A stretch of 64,000 nucleotides of DNA from an uncultured bacterium (GCA_964584165.1 CAZOYW010000001.1:45730-109729); one strand, 5' to 3'; counted from the first letter of the stretch, positions 36,989 to 47,437 are shown. Notes: generated by a model from the letters alone, not told the origin. Made by a program: numbers and translations.

Positions 36989-38052
36989 TATTCTGTTACA
37001 AATCCCGCCACCAGGTCCCCGACCTGGGTCGTCGTGTATCCCATCTTCCCCGCCGACATGGACTTCATCTTCCCGCAGGCCTTGACGATCGCCTGCTCCA
37101 GGCGGGAGGCGGCCTCGGACTCGCCCAGGAAGTCGAGCATCATCTGGGCGGCACCGATCGCGGCCAGGGGGTTGATCTTCCCGGTCCCGGTGTACTTGGG
37201 CGCGGAGCCTCCGATCGGCTCGAACATCGAGGTCCCTTTCGGGTTGATGTTCCCCCCGGCGGCGATCCCCATCCCCCCCTGGATCATGGCCCCGAGGTCC
37301 GTGATGATGTCGCCGAACATGTTGTCGGTGACGATGACGTCGAAATACTCCGGGTTCTTCACCATCCACATGCAGGTGGCGTCGACGTGGGCGTAGTCCC
37401 GCTTGATGTCGGGGTAGTCCTTCTGGCCGATCTCGTGGAAGGCCCGCTCCCAGAGGTCGAAGGCGAAGGTGAGGACGTTGGTCTTGCCGCAGAGGGTGAG
37501 CATCTTCTTCCGATTCCGTTTCCGGCAGAGGTCGAAGGCGAAGCGGAGGCAGCGCTCCACGCCGAAGCGGGTGTTGATCGACTCCTGGACCGCCACCTCC
37601 TGGGCCGTCCCCTTCTTGAAGAAGCCGCCCGCCCCCAGGTAGAGCCCCTCGTTGTTCTCCCGGACGACGACGAAGTCGATGTCCGCGGGCCCCTTGTCCT
37701 TGAGGGGCGTGGGGACGCCGGGATAGAGCTTGACCGGGCGGAGGTTGATGTACTGCTCCAGCTCGAAGCGCAGGGCGAGGAGGAGCCCCTTCTCCAGGAT
37801 CCCCGGCTTCACGTCCGGATGGCCGACCGCGCCCAGGTAGATCGCCTTGAACTTCCTGAGCTCCGTGAGGACCGAGGCGGGGAGGATCTCGCCGGTCTTG
37901 AGGTAGCGGGCGCCGCCGAGGTCGAACTCGGTGAAGTTGAAGGCGATCTTGAACTCCGCGCCGACCGCCCGGAGCGCCTTGATCCCCTCGGCCACCACTT
38001 CCGGCCCGGTCCCGTCCCCCCCGATCACCGCGATGTCGTATCTCTTGGCCAT
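36988..38052 (-). CDS. leuB: 3-isopropylmalate dehydrogenase
   Basis: GDGTGPEV; VVRENNEG; NMFGDIITD; FEPIGGSAP. Confidence 0.93.
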   Translation of the reverse strand: MAKRYDIAVIGGDGTGPEVVAEGIKALRAVGAEFKIAFNFTEFDLGGARYLKTGEILPASVLTELRKFKAIYLGAVGHPDVKPGILEKGLLLALRFELEQYINLRPVKLYPGVPTPLKDKGPADIDFVVVRENNEGLYLGAGGFFKKGTAQEVAVQESINTRFGVERCLRFAFDLCRKRNRKKMLTLCGKTNVLTFAFDLWERAFHEIGQKDYPDIKRDYAHVDATCMWMVKNPEYFDVIVTDNMFGDIITDLGAMIQGGMGIAAGGNINPKGTSMFEPIGGSAPKYTGTGKINPLAAIGAAQMMLDFLGESEAASRLEQAIVKACGKMKSMSAGKMGYTTTQVGDLVAGFVTE

Positions 38053-38116
38053 GGTTAGTGTCCTTTCGTGCGCTTATCGGTTTTACTGCTGCGAGTTCGC
38101 AAGAGCAAGTGAAGCG

Positions 38117-38217
38117 TAAGGTGTTAGGTGTAAGGTGTCAGGGCCACGCATCCCATGTTTGTCCATAGCACCTGACATCCGACACCGTTTTACTTCTTAC
38201 TTCTCACTTCTTACTTC
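38117..38217. repeat. Heptamer arrays TWAGGTG and TYACTTC
   Basis: Between the nitroreductase gene and leuB. Confidence 0.75.
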
Positions 38218-38870
38218 TGCCTTTTAATCGGGTATCCCACCGTCTGGGCCAGGACCACCCTCTCCTCCGGGCGGAGTTTCATCGTCCGGGAGAGGGCGGC
38301 CCGGTCGAGCCAGCCCCGGACCACCGTGTTCAGCCCCTCGGAGGCGCAGAAAAGATAGACGTTCTGGCTGACGAAGCCGGCGTCGGTGGCCGCGTAGAAT
38401 TCCTGGTCCGCCTTGGGCATCCCCTCCATCCTCGCATAGTCGGCCACGAAGACGAGGTTGACCGGGGCGGCGGCGACGAAAGGCTGGCCGCCCGTGGCGG
38501 CGCGGACGTCCTGGGCCAGGATGGGCTTCAACCGGTGGGGTACCGGCTCGTAGAGATAGAGCCCTTCGGGGAGGGCGACGTAGATCTCGATCTCCCGGCA
38601 GTCGTGGGCGGTCGGGTTGGTCCGCCGCCCCGAGTCCGGGCGGTTGACGCCGCCGGCGGCCCAGAGGAGGTTGGAGAGGACCGGGAGGGGAAGCGGATCG
38701 GGAGCGAACTCCCGCTCGCTCCGCCTCTCCTTCAGGGCCTGCAGCAGCGGCTTTCCCCCGCTCTGATCGGCGGGCGGAAGCTCAATCTTTTTCGCCTCCT
38801 CGGACGCAACCGAGGAGGCAAAAAAGAAGATGGTCACCAGCACATTAACCGCCGTCACGATTCTCTTCAT
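38211..38870 (-). CDS. Nitroreductase-family (SagB/ThcOx-like) oxidoreductase
   Basis: LKERRSEREF; LLWAAGG; RRTNPTA; SQNVYLFCASEGL. Confidence 0.88.
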   Translation of the reverse strand: MKRIVTAVNVLVTIFFFASSVASEEAKKIELPPADQSGGKPLLQALKERRSEREFAPDPLPLPVLSNLLWAAGGVNRPDSGRRTNPTAHDCREIEIYVALPEGLYLYEPVPHRLKPILAQDVRAATGGQPFVAAAPVNLVFVADYARMEGMPKADQEFYAATDAGFVSQNVYLFCASEGLNTVVRGWLDRAALSRTMKLRPEERVVLAQTVGYPIKRQK

Positions 38871-38921
38871 GGGTCGAGTCCCCGTTTTCCCCTTGAGTCC
38901 GTTCCCCAGTGCGTCCCGCCG

Positions 38922-39449
38922 TTACACCTTGCCCGCCTTGCTCCTCCCCCCCTCCTTCTGCTTGGCCCTCCCGGCCACGTACTTGATCAGGCCGCCCGCT
39001 TTGATCAGGTCCTGCATGAACGGGGGCGCGGCATCGGCTTCGTAGGTCTCCCCCCGGGTCAGGTTCCGGATCTTCCCGCTCCCAACCTCTATCTCCACCT
39101 CGTCGCCCTCCTTGATCCTCTCCGCCCCCTCCGGGGAGACGAAGATCATCAGGCCCATGTTGAAGGCGTTGCGATAGAAGATGCGGGCGAAGGAGGCGGC
39201 GATCACCGCCGATACCCCCGCGCCCTTGATCGCCACCGGCGCGTGCTCGCGCGACGATCCGCAGCCGAAGTTCTTTCCGCCCACCAGGATGTCTCCGGGC
39301 TTGAGCATCTTCACGAAACCCGGGCGGATATCCTCCATCAGGTGGCTCCCGAGGAAGCCGGGATCGATGGAGACGAGATAGCGCGCCGCGACGATGGCGT
39401 CGGTGTCGATGTTATCGCCGAACTTCCAGGTCTGGCCTTTGATCTTCAT
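38922..39449 (-). CDS. leuD: 3-isopropylmalate dehydratase small subunit
   Basis: GDNIDTD; [12 protein letters not shown]; [10 protein letters not shown]. Confidence 0.95.
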   Translation of the reverse strand: MKIKGQTWKFGDNIDTDAIVAARYLVSIDPGFLGSHLMEDIRPGFVKMLKPGDILVGGKNFGCGSSREHAPVAIKGAGVSAVIAASFARIFYRNAFNMGLMIFVSPEGAERIKEGDEVEIEVGSGKIRNLTRGETYEADAAPPFMQDLIKAGGLIKYVAGRAKQKEGGRSKAGKV

Positions 39450-39465
39450 GGATATTGAGATAGGA

Positions 39466-39564
39466 GGTTCACGGTTCACGGTTCAAGGTTCAAGGGTTCA
39501 CGGTTCGACAGATACGATGACCTCCTCCAACCTCAGAACCGCTGAACCGTTGAACCCTTGAACC
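39466..39564. repeat. Heptamer GGTTCAM / TGAACC inverted arrays
   Basis: Between leuC and leuD; related run at 15079-15110. Confidence 0.85.
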
Positions 39565-40824
39565 TTATAGCTTGTCCGGATGGACGATCTCCCCCGCCAC
39601 CGCGCTCGCCGCCGCCACCGCCGGGTTGGCGAGATAGACCTCGCTCTCGGCATGGCCCATCCGCCCGACGAAGTTGCGGTTGGTCGTGGCCACCGCCTTT
39701 TCCCCCTGGGCCAGTATCCCCATGTGGCCGCCGAGGCAGGGCCCGCAGGTCGGCGTGGAGACGACGGCGTTGGCCTCGATGAAGATCTCGATCAGCCCCT
39801 CCCGGAGGGCCTGCAGGTAGATCGCCTGGGTCGCCGGGATGACGATCGTCCGCACGGTTTCCTTGACCTTCCTCCCCTTGAGGATCTGGGCCGCCACCCT
39901 TAAGTCCTCGAGCCGCCCGTTGGTGCACGATCCGATCACCGACTGGTCGATCCTCACCCCCTTCACCTCGCTCACCGGGCGGACGTTGGAGGGGAGCGCG
40001 GGGAGCGCGACCTGGGGCTCGATCTCGGAAACGTTGATCTTGAGCTTCTCCCGGTAGCTTGCGTCCGGATCGCTCCGGTAGCAGCGGTAGGGGCGCCGGG
40101 CCCGTCCCTTGACATATTCCTCGGTGATCTCGTCCGGGGGGAAGATCCCGGCCTTGGCCCCGGCCTCGATCGCCATGTTGGCCATGGTCAGGCGGTCGGA
40201 CATGGAGAGGGCCTTGACCGTCGGGCCGGTGAGCTCCATGGCCGCGTAGTTGGCCCCTGCGACGCCGATCCTCCCGATCGTGAACAGGATCAGGTCCTTG
40301 CCCGAAACCCAGGGCTTGAGGTTCCCCTCGTACACGAAAAGCATCGTCGGGGGAACTCGGAACCAGGCTTCGGAGCTGATCATCGCCGCCGCCAGGTCCG
40401 TCGAGCCCACGCCGGTGGCGAAGGCCCCCAGCGCCCCGTAGGTGCAGGTATGGCTGTCCGCCCCGATCACCAGGTCGCCCGGCCCCACCAGTCCCAGCTC
40501 GGGGAGGAGGGCGTGCTCGATCCCCATGCACCCCACGTCGTAGAAATGGACGATCCCCTGCGCGCGGGCGAACCGCCGCAGCACCTGGCACTGCTGGGCG
40601 GAGCGGATGTCCTTGTTGGGCGCGAAATGGTCACAGACCAGGGCGATCCGCTCCCGGTCGAAGACCTTCTCGGCGCCGCTGTTTTCGAACTCCTGGATGG
40701 CCAGGGGGGCGGTGATGTCGTTTCCCAGGGCCAGGTCAACCCGGGCCATGACGACCTCGCCGGGGGAGACGGTCTCCCGCCCGGCGTGGGCGGCCAGGAT
40801 TTTTTCCGCGATGGTCATGCCCAT
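39565..40824 (-). CDS. leuC: 3-isopropylmalate dehydratase large subunit
   Basis: DSHTCTYG; IGSCTNGR; CGPCLG; TTNRNF. Confidence 0.95.
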   Translation of the reverse strand: MGMTIAEKILAAHAGRETVSPGEVVMARVDLALGNDITAPLAIQEFENSGAEKVFDRERIALVCDHFAPNKDIRSAQQCQVLRRFARAQGIVHFYDVGCMGIEHALLPELGLVGPGDLVIGADSHTCTYGALGAFATGVGSTDLAAAMISSEAWFRVPPTMLFVYEGNLKPWVSGKDLILFTIGRIGVAGANYAAMELTGPTVKALSMSDRLTMANMAIEAGAKAGIFPPDEITEEYVKGRARRPYRCYRSDPDASYREKLKINVSEIEPQVALPALPSNVRPVSEVKGVRIDQSVIGSCTNGRLEDLRVAAQILKGRKVKETVRTIVIPATQAIYLQALREGLIEIFIEANAVVSTPTCGPCLGGHMGILAQGEKAVATTNRNFVGRMGHAESEVYLANPAVAAASAVAGEIVHPDKL

Positions 40825-40936
40825 GACGCTTTCTCCCGGAGAGCCGCCGCGCTCCCCGTCCGTTGGATGGTTTAAAAAGGCGGATTATAGTAAGTCCCGG
40901 CCGGGGAGACAACGCCTTTCCCCCCTTCGTCCTGGT

Positions 40937-42853
40937 CTACCTTGTCCCCCTCGCTTCCTCGAGCCTCAGCTTGATCCGCCGATCGTCCGGTTGGAGACGG
41001 AGGGCCTCCTCCCACTCCTCGATCGCCTCCTCCATCCGCCCCCGACGGACCAGGAACTCGGCGAGCTGGACGCGGACGGCGGGGTCCCCGGGGGCGAGCT
41101 TCGTCGCCTCCCTCAACGTCTCCTCCGCCTTCCCGTCCTCGCCGATGAGCTCGTGGATGACCGCCTTCTCCTGGCGAACGGCCGGGGAGGACGGCTCCAG
41201 CGCCAGGAGCTCGTCGTAATAGGCGAGCGCGGCCCGGGGCATCCCGCGGAAACGGGCGATCTCCGCCAGGCGGAGGTAGGGCTCCGCAAACCTGGGCTCG
41301 TATTTCAGCGAGAGCCCGTAGCGGGCCTCTATCTCCGGCCATTCGACCTCCCCCCTCCCCCGGTAATAACGGAAAAGGCTCTCCGCCATGTCGTATTCCC
41401 TCAGATACGGCTCCTCCCATCCGGCGATCCCGATCCAGAGGAGGACCGCCCCGGCCGCCCCCAGAGCGCTCTTGGCCTGGAAAATGTCCCAGCGCGTCCT
41501 CTCCGTCCGGGGGATCGCCCGCCGCAGCGCCGCGGCGAGGGCGGCGAGCGCGGCCAGGAGGGGGAGCAGCGACCACCGGGAGGCGAGGCCCGCGGCGGTC
41601 CCCAGGTTGTCCGAGATGAAGCCGCGGGCGAGAAGGAAAAAGCTGAAATAGATGAGCGGGCTCGACACCTTCCACTCCGCGCGGGGCTCGGTCGCGTTGA
41701 TCGCGAGCATGAAGGCGACCGAGATGAGGACCAGAGCCTTGAGCGTTCCCCGCCAGGCCCTGGGGAGGGCGGCCAGGGGGAGGACGAGGAAAGGCAGGGC
41801 GGGGACGAGGAAGCGCGCCCCGATCGACCCCACGCCGTCCCAGTAGGCGTAGCCGGCGTTGAAATAGAGGAAACCCAGGGCGATCAGCAGGCAGAGGAGC
41901 CACTCCCGCCGTCTCCCCTTCCGGGCAAAACAGGCGAAGGCCGGGAAGGCGAGGAGGAGAAAAGGGGATTGGTAGAAGATCCCCCGGTAGGGGCTGAAGG
42001 TGATCCCGTAGAGGGCGTCGAGCTTGGGGAGGGTGATGCCCAGGAAGCCCGCGTGGTGGTCATAAACCTGGTGGTAGGAATAGGAGCTGGCGAAGGGCGC
42101 GCCGAAGCAGGAGAGGTTGTAGTAGCCGAGGAGGAGGAGGGGAAGGGCGAGCCCCAGGCACCAGGCGAAGAAGAGGCGCTTTTTCTTCAGGGCGACCAGG
42201 AGATAGCCGGTGAGGAGGACGACGGAGATGGCGGCGGGAAAATCGCAGAGGACACCCCCGGCGCAGACCAGTCCGGCGAGCCAGGCCGTCGACCAGCGCT
42301 CGGGGTAGATCCCCGCCCTCATCCGGAAAAGGAGGAAGAAGGCGACGAGCGCGCAAGCGGCGGCCAGCGAGTGGCCGTAGAAGACCGTGGCGAAGGGGCT
42401 GACCAGAGTTCCCAGGGCGTAGCCCAGCGCGAGGGTGATCCTCCCCTCCTCGTCCGCCCCCCCTGCCTCGCCGAGGAGGCGGTGGAGGGCGAGGGAGGCG
42501 AGGGCGCAGGGGACGCCCACCACGATCAGTGTGAGCAGATATTGGATCGTCTTCTCCCCCTCCACGCCGAGACGGCGCAGGGCGCGGAAGAAGGGTACGG
42601 CCAAGAAGGCGGGGCCGGGGGCCTTGTCCGAGTAGTAATGGCCTCCGAAGTAGACCTTATCGCCGGTGTTGGCGTGGAAGGAGTCGATCCGGCAGGTCCC
42701 CTCCCCGGATAGGGCGAAGACGAGGTCGAAGCGGCTGGTCGCGTTCCACTCCTCCCGGCCGATGTAGTGGATGAAGTAGGCGTAGGAGAGAAGGACGGCG
42801 AGAAAGAGGAGGACCGATACCCGGCCCGGCGATTGAATTCCACTAATTTTCAC
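40937..42853 (-). CDS. Polytopic membrane protein with C-terminal TPRs (putative GT-C-like)
   Basis: NATSRFDL...HYYSDKAPG; RGIFYQSP; GARFLVP; TPR-like C-terminus. Start lies in a repeat and is uncertain. Confidence 0.7.
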   Translation of the reverse strand: MKISGIQSPGRVSVLLFLAVLLSYAYFIHYIGREEWNATSRFDLVFALSGEGTCRIDSFHANTGDKVYFGGHYYSDKAPGPAFLAVPFFRALRRLGVEGEKTIQYLLTLIVVGVPCALASLALHRLLGEAGGADEEGRITLALGYALGTLVSPFATVFYGHSLAAACALVAFFLLFRMRAGIYPERWSTAWLAGLVCAGGVLCDFPAAISVVLLTGYLLVALKKKRLFFAWCLGLALPLLLLGYYNLSCFGAPFASSYSYHQVYDHHAGFLGITLPKLDALYGITFSPYRGIFYQSPFLLLAFPAFACFARKGRRREWLLCLLIALGFLYFNAGYAYWDGVGSIGARFLVPALPFLVLPLAALPRAWRGTLKALVLISVAFMLAINATEPRAEWKVSSPLIYFSFFLLARGFISDNLGTAAGLASRWSLLPLLAALAALAAALRRAIPRTERTRWDIFQAKSALGAAGAVLLWIGIAGWEEPYLREYDMAESLFRYYRGRGEVEWPEIEARYGLSLKYEPRFAEPYLRLAEIARFRGMPRAALAYYDELLALEPSSPAVRQEKAVIHELIGEDGKAEETLREATKLAPGDPAVRVQLAEFLVRRGRMEEAIEEWEEALRLQPDDRRIKLRLEEARGTR

Positions 42854-43141
42854 GAATGGGCTCGGTTTGGCTCGGCGATTTTAACCGCGAATCTCGCGCT
42901 TGCGCGCCGTAGCGCTACAGCGCGCAGGCGCGAATCTCCACGAATACGGCCGGGGCGCTTTGCGCTCTGCGCTCTGCGCTTTGCGCTATGCTTCATCCCC
43001 TGCCCCCTGCCCCCCGCGCCCTTCTTTGCACAGCGCGCGGTTTGACCGGGAGATGATATACTATCGCTCCTCAAGCCGCATAACCATTTAGCGCCACCTT
43101 CAGTCGAGAACATACAACCCGGCGCCTCGATCCCCCGCCCC

Positions 43142-44053
43142 ATGCCCCATCCCCCATCCCGCAAACCTCGTTTGCTGATCACCGGCGTCTCCGGCTTCCT
43201 CGGCTGGAACCTCTTCCGCTCTCTCCGGGAACGGTATGAGGTCATCGGGACCTACTCCTCCCATCCCCCTCCGGGGGGAGCCGGCCGTTTCCGCCCGCTC
43301 GACATCCGCGACGGCGGGGCGACCGCGCGCCTCGCCCGCGAGCTCTCGCCCGAGATCGTCATCCACGCCGCCGCCGTCACCTCCCCCGCCCTCTGCGCGG
43401 CCCGGCCTGAACTCGCCCGGGCGATCAACTTCCTCGGCACGGTCAACGTCCTCCGGGCGGTCCGCGCCACCGGCGCGCGCCTCCTCTACACCTCGACCGA
43501 CCGCGTCTTCGACGGCCGGCGCGGATGGTATAACGAGGATGACGCTCCCCATCCGCTGGGCCCCTACGAGGCCAACAAGCTCGCGGGAGAGCGGGAGATT
43601 GAGAAAGCGCTCCCCGAAGCCCTCCTCGCCCGCCTCCCCCTGCTCTACGGCCCGAAAAGCCCATCCCATGGCTCCTTCCTGGAGTGGATGTTCGAGGCCT
43701 TCCGCAGCCGGACGCCCCTCAAGCTCTTCGCCGACCAGTTCCGCACCCCCCTCTACGTCGAGGACGCCGCCCGGGCGATCGGCCTCCTCCTGGAAAAGCC
43801 GGATCTCGCCGGCCTCTATCACCTGGGGGGACCGGAGCGGATGAGCCGCTCCGACTTTGGCTACCGGATGGCCGAGGTCTTCGGCTTCGACCCCGAAGTG
43901 ATCGTTCCCGCCCGGATGGCGGAAGAGAAGGACATCCCCCCCACGCCGGTCGACGTCTCCCTGAACAGCGACAAGCTCTTCCAGGCGGTGGGCTTCCGGG
44001 GGCGGGGAGTCGGGGAGGGGCTGCGCGCCTGCCAAGCCGCCCTCGGCTACTGA
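43142..44053 (+). CDS. RmlD-like SDR (dTDP-4-dehydrorhamnose reductase family)
   Basis: ITGVSGFLG; STDRVFDG; YEANK; DQFRTP. Confidence 0.88.
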   Translation: MPHPPSRKPRLLITGVSGFLGWNLFRSLRERYEVIGTYSSHPPPGGAGRFRPLDIRDGGATARLARELSPEIVIHAAAVTSPALCAARPELARAINFLGTVNVLRAVRATGARLLYTSTDRVFDGRRGWYNEDDAPHPLGPYEANKLAGEREIEKALPEALLARLPLLYGPKSPSHGSFLEWMFEAFRSRTPLKLFADQFRTPLYVEDAARAIGLLLEKPDLAGLYHLGGPERMSRSDFGYRMAEVFGFDPEVIVPARMAEEKDIPPTPVDVSLNSDKLFQAVGFRGRGVGEGLRACQAALGY

Positions 44054-44101
44054 AAAATGAACATTAACCGCGAATTCACGCGAATAAAGCGCGAATAGAA
44101 T

Positions 44102-45202
44102 ATGAAAAACGTCGTCTTCTATGTCTCCGGCCACGGCTTCGGCCACTCCTCCCGCATGGCCGAGGTCATCCGAGTCCTCCTCCGCGACCATCCGGGGATC
44201 GCGGTCACGGTCAAGACCTCCGCTCCCGAGTGGTTCTACCGGGAATCCGTCCCCTCCCCTTTCCGCTTCCTCCGCCGGGAGTGCGACAGCGGCGTCGTCC
44301 AGTCCGACAGCCTAAGCCTCGACGCCCAGGCCACGCTCCGGCATTTCGCCGGGCTGGCCGGACGGAGCCCCGCCTTCGTCCGGGCGGAGCTTAGCTCCTT
44401 CCGGAGGCGGCGGCCGGACCTGATCGTCGGGGACATCCCCCCGGTCGCTTTCCTCGTCGCCGCGGCCGCGGGGATCCCCTCGCTCGCCGTCGCCAACTTC
44501 TCCTGGGACTGGATCTACGAGCCCTACGCCGAGCGGTATCCCGAGTTCCGCCGTCTCGTCCCCTTCATCCGGGAAGCCTACGGCCAATCCGACTGCCTCC
44601 TCCGCCTCCCCTTCAGCGGTCCGATGACCGCCTTCAAACGCGCCGCCGACCTCCCTTTGATCGCCCGCCGGTCGTCACTCTCCCGGCCGAGGATCCGCGG
44701 GATCCTCGGCCTGCCCCGCGCCCGGAAGGTCGTCCTCCTCTCCTTCGGCGGCTTCTGGCTCGGCCCCGAGTATTATCGCCAACTCTCCGGCCTTAAGGGC
44801 TTCGTCTGGATCGCGAGCGAGCGGGTGGGCAGCGGGCTCGAAGGGATACGTAACTTCAACCGCGCGGAGGTGCAGCGAGCCGGCCTCTCCTACCCCGACC
44901 TGGTCCGCGCTTCCGACGTAGTGGTCACCAAGCCGGGCTATGGGATCCTCTCCGAGTGCATCGCCAACCGGACGCGGATGGTCTACACCTCCCGGGGGGA
45001 CTTCCGCGAATACGAGGTGCTGGTGCGGGGGGCGAAGAGATACCTGCCCTCGGCCTTCATCCCCCAGGAGAAACTCAAGGCGGGGGACCTGGAGGAGGTC
45101 CTGGAGAAAGTGCTGGCGATGCCGGACAACTTCCCGGCCCTGCCCCTCGACGGGGCCAAGAAGGCGGCGGAGATAATCGTCAAGCGGGCCGGGCTTTTAT
45201 AG
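44102..45202 (+). CDS. GT-B glycosyltransferase resembling the L-arabinokinase N-terminal domain
   Basis: YVSGHGFGH; NFSWDWIY; LSFGG; VTKPGYGILSEC. Confidence 0.75.
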   Translation: MKNVVFYVSGHGFGHSSRMAEVIRVLLRDHPGIAVTVKTSAPEWFYRESVPSPFRFLRRECDSGVVQSDSLSLDAQATLRHFAGLAGRSPAFVRAELSSFRRRRPDLIVGDIPPVAFLVAAAAGIPSLAVANFSWDWIYEPYAERYPEFRRLVPFIREAYGQSDCLLRLPFSGPMTAFKRAADLPLIARRSSLSRPRIRGILGLPRARKVVLLSFGGFWLGPEYYRQLSGLKGFVWIASERVGSGLEGIRNFNRAEVQRAGLSYPDLVRASDVVVTKPGYGILSECIANRTRMVYTSRGDFREYEVLVRGAKRYLPSAFIPQEKLKAGDLEEVLEKVLAMPDNFPALPLDGAKKAAEIIVKRAGLL

Positions 45203-45240
45203 GACCTATAAGACCTATAGGACCTATAAGACCTATAAAA
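45198..45240 (+). repeat. Nonamer TATARGACC x4
   Basis: Between convergent stops at 45202 and 45233. Confidence 0.9.
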
Positions 45241-46189
45241 TGCGGGCCGCGAAAAGCGGCAGCGACTCCCCGCTCGTCCAGAGCCGGCGCAGGGCGTAAA
45301 CGTCTCCGCCCGGCCGGTTGACGCCCTCGACCGTGGAGCAGGCGTAGGCGAAGCCCGCCGCCCGGACCATTTGCTCGATCTCGGGGGAGAAATCCCCCTC
45401 TTCCCCATTCGGGTAGCAGAAGCCCGCCGCCCGCCGGCCCGAGATCTCCTCGATCATCCGCTTCGAATCGGCGATCTCCCTTTGGGCTTCCTCGGCGGGG
45501 ATCCGGGTCAGGATCGGGTGGTTGACCGTGTGGGCGCCGAACGATATCCCGGCCTCGGCCATCTCCCGGATCGCGCGGCGGCCGAGCACGCGCACGGGAT
45601 TGGGCGCCGCAACGGCCAGCTGTTTCCGCAGGTCCTCGAAGCGGGCGCGGCGGTCTTCCTCGCCCAGCGCCTTGAGCGCGGCCTTGACCCTTCGGAGAGC
45701 GCGCAGTCGGTTTTCTACCCCCTCCAGGCTGACGCGGCCATCAAACTCGATCTCTTTCTTTTCGGTCTTCCCGAAAAGAAAGCCGAGCTCGTCCGTCCAG
45801 GGCACGCGATCGGTGTCGACGAAACCGGTAGCGATGAAAACCGTCGCCGGGAGGCCGCGCGCCTTGAGGATGGGGAAGGCGTGGCGGTGGATGTCGTCGT
45901 ATTCGTCGTCGAAGGTGAGGGCGACGGAACGGGGCGGGATCTCCCCTCCCCGGAAGAGCGTTGCGGCCAGCTCCTCCAGGGGGAGAACGTTCATCTCCTG
46001 ACGCAGAAAATCAATCTGGCGGCCGAAGAGACCGACCGTGACGTGGGGAAGGAACGGGTCCGGGACCGGGAGGACGTGATGGTACATGAGGACGCGGAAT
46101 CCGGCCCGGTTCTCCAGCAGTGACCGGAGACGGAGAATCCCCGCGCGGTAAGCCAGCGCGGCGAGGCCGCTTTTCAAGGCATAGCGCAT
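45233..46189 (-). CDS. Polysaccharide deacetylase (NodB-like)
   Basis: VLMYH; LTFDD; FGAHTVNH; FCYPNG. Confidence 0.9.
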   Translation of the reverse strand: MRYALKSGLAALAYRAGILRLRSLLENRAGFRVLMYHHVLPVPDPFLPHVTVGLFGRQIDFLRQEMNVLPLEELAATLFRGGEIPPRSVALTFDDEYDDIHRHAFPILKARGLPATVFIATGFVDTDRVPWTDELGFLFGKTEKKEIEFDGRVSLEGVENRLRALRRVKAALKALGEEDRRARFEDLRKQLAVAAPNPVRVLGRRAIREMAEAGISFGAHTVNHPILTRIPAEEAQREIADSKRMIEEISGRRAAGFCYPNGEEGDFSPEIEQMVRAAGFAYACSTVEGVNRPGGDVYALRRLWTSGESLPLFAARIL

Positions 46190-46219
46190 AAAGCGAAAAC
46201 AGGGTTCAGGGGATGAAGC

Positions 46220-46305
46220 AGAGCGCAAAGCGCAAAGCGCAGAGCGCCTAGCCGGCCAGGGCGCTTTGCGCTCTGCGCTCTGCGCTTAGCGCTTAGCGCT
46301 TTGCG
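46220..46305. repeat. Family D heptamer (ARAGCGC / GCGCTYT) inverted arrays
   Basis: Relatives at 42955-42991, 49877-49948, 56576-56607 and 58690-58762. Confidence 0.9.
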
Positions 46306-47437
46306 GATCCATTCGCGGAATTGTTTTCTCCGAGTAGCGCCGGAAGAGCCCCCCGATCAGCTCCCGCTTGTGCTCGAGGACCAGGGCCGGCATCTGGTCG
46401 CATTGGGAGAAGCAGGCGCAGGAGCCGGAGGCCATGGCGCGCCGGGCCTTCTTCATCTCCTCGCCCAGCCAGATCTCCTCGAAGCTCTGGCGGGAGAGGT
46501 CCCCCACGGGCTTCAGGAGCGTCGGGCAGTTGTAGACCTTCCCGTCGTAGTGGAGGAGCACGGAGATGCAGGAGGAGTAGCAGCGCCCCACCGCGCAGGG
46601 CACCCGCTCGATGAAGCGCTTGCGAAGATAGTCGATCAGCTCCCGGTGGAAGATGACGTTCGCCTGGCGGTAGACCCGACGCCAGAACGTGTTGCGGCCG
46701 AGCGGGTCCGAGCGCTGGCGGGCGACGACCTCCTCGACTTGGCGGATGATCTCGGCGGCCTCGGCCGGCGCGAAATCGAATGATTTGTCCCCCACCGTCC
46801 CGGTGAAGCCGAACTCGCTCCCCGGCTTGGTGGTGAACTCCGCCCCCGTTTTCCGGGCGTACTCGTATACGCCGAGGATGTCGCGGTAGTTCTCCTTGAG
46901 GATCGTCATCTTCACCGTCGGCTTAAGGCGGGGGTGCTCCCGGGAGAGGAGGCCGAGGCCCTCGAGCGTCCGGGAGGCCTTCTCGAAAGTCCCCAGCACG
47001 CCCCGGACGCGGTCGTGGACGTCCTCCAGCCCGTCGAGCGAGACGTCCACGACCAGGTTGAAGCGGTAGCGCTCGAGCAGCTCGCGCGCCGTCGCGAGCG
47101 CCTTCTCGGTGAGCGTCCCATTGGAGGAGATCAGGACCGTCCCCAGGCGCTGGCCGCCGGCGGCGGCCACGAGCTTCGGAATCTCGGTGAGGAAGGGCTC
47201 TCCTCCGGTGATGTCCAGGATCTCGATCCCCCGGGAGAGGGGCGAGGCGGCGAGGTTACGGAGCGCCGCCTCGGGGAGATCAACCTTCTCCTCCTGCCTC
47301 CAGATGTTGCACATCCGGCAGCGGAGGTTGCAGCGGTTGGTGGTGGTGGCGTGAAGGATGACGGGGCGCAAGAGGCGGTCGTTCTGGAACCGCATCCCGA
47401 GGTCGGTGAGGATGATGTTCTTCAGGAGAGAAATCAT
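46286..47437 (-). CDS. Radical SAM/SPASM-domain protein
   Basis: CNLRCRMC; ITGGEPF; VSLDG; C-terminal Cys cluster (C..S...YDGKVYNC...CACFSQC). Confidence 0.88.
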   Translation of the reverse strand: MISLLKNIILTDLGMRFQNDRLLRPVILHATTTNRCNLRCRMCNIWRQEEKVDLPEAALRNLAASPLSRGIEILDITGGEPFLTEIPKLVAAAGGQRLGTVLISSNGTLTEKALATARELLERYRFNLVVDVSLDGLEDVHDRVRGVLGTFEKASRTLEGLGLLSREHPRLKPTVKMTILKENYRDILGVYEYARKTGAEFTTKPGSEFGFTGTVGDKSFDFAPAEAAEIIRQVEEVVARQRSDPLGRNTFWRRVYRQANVIFHRELIDYLRKRFIERVPCAVGRCYSSCISVLLHYDGKVYNCPTLLKPVGDLSRQSFEEIWLGEEMKKARRAMASGSCACFSQCDQMPALVLEHKRELIGGLFRRYSEKTIPRMDPQSAKR

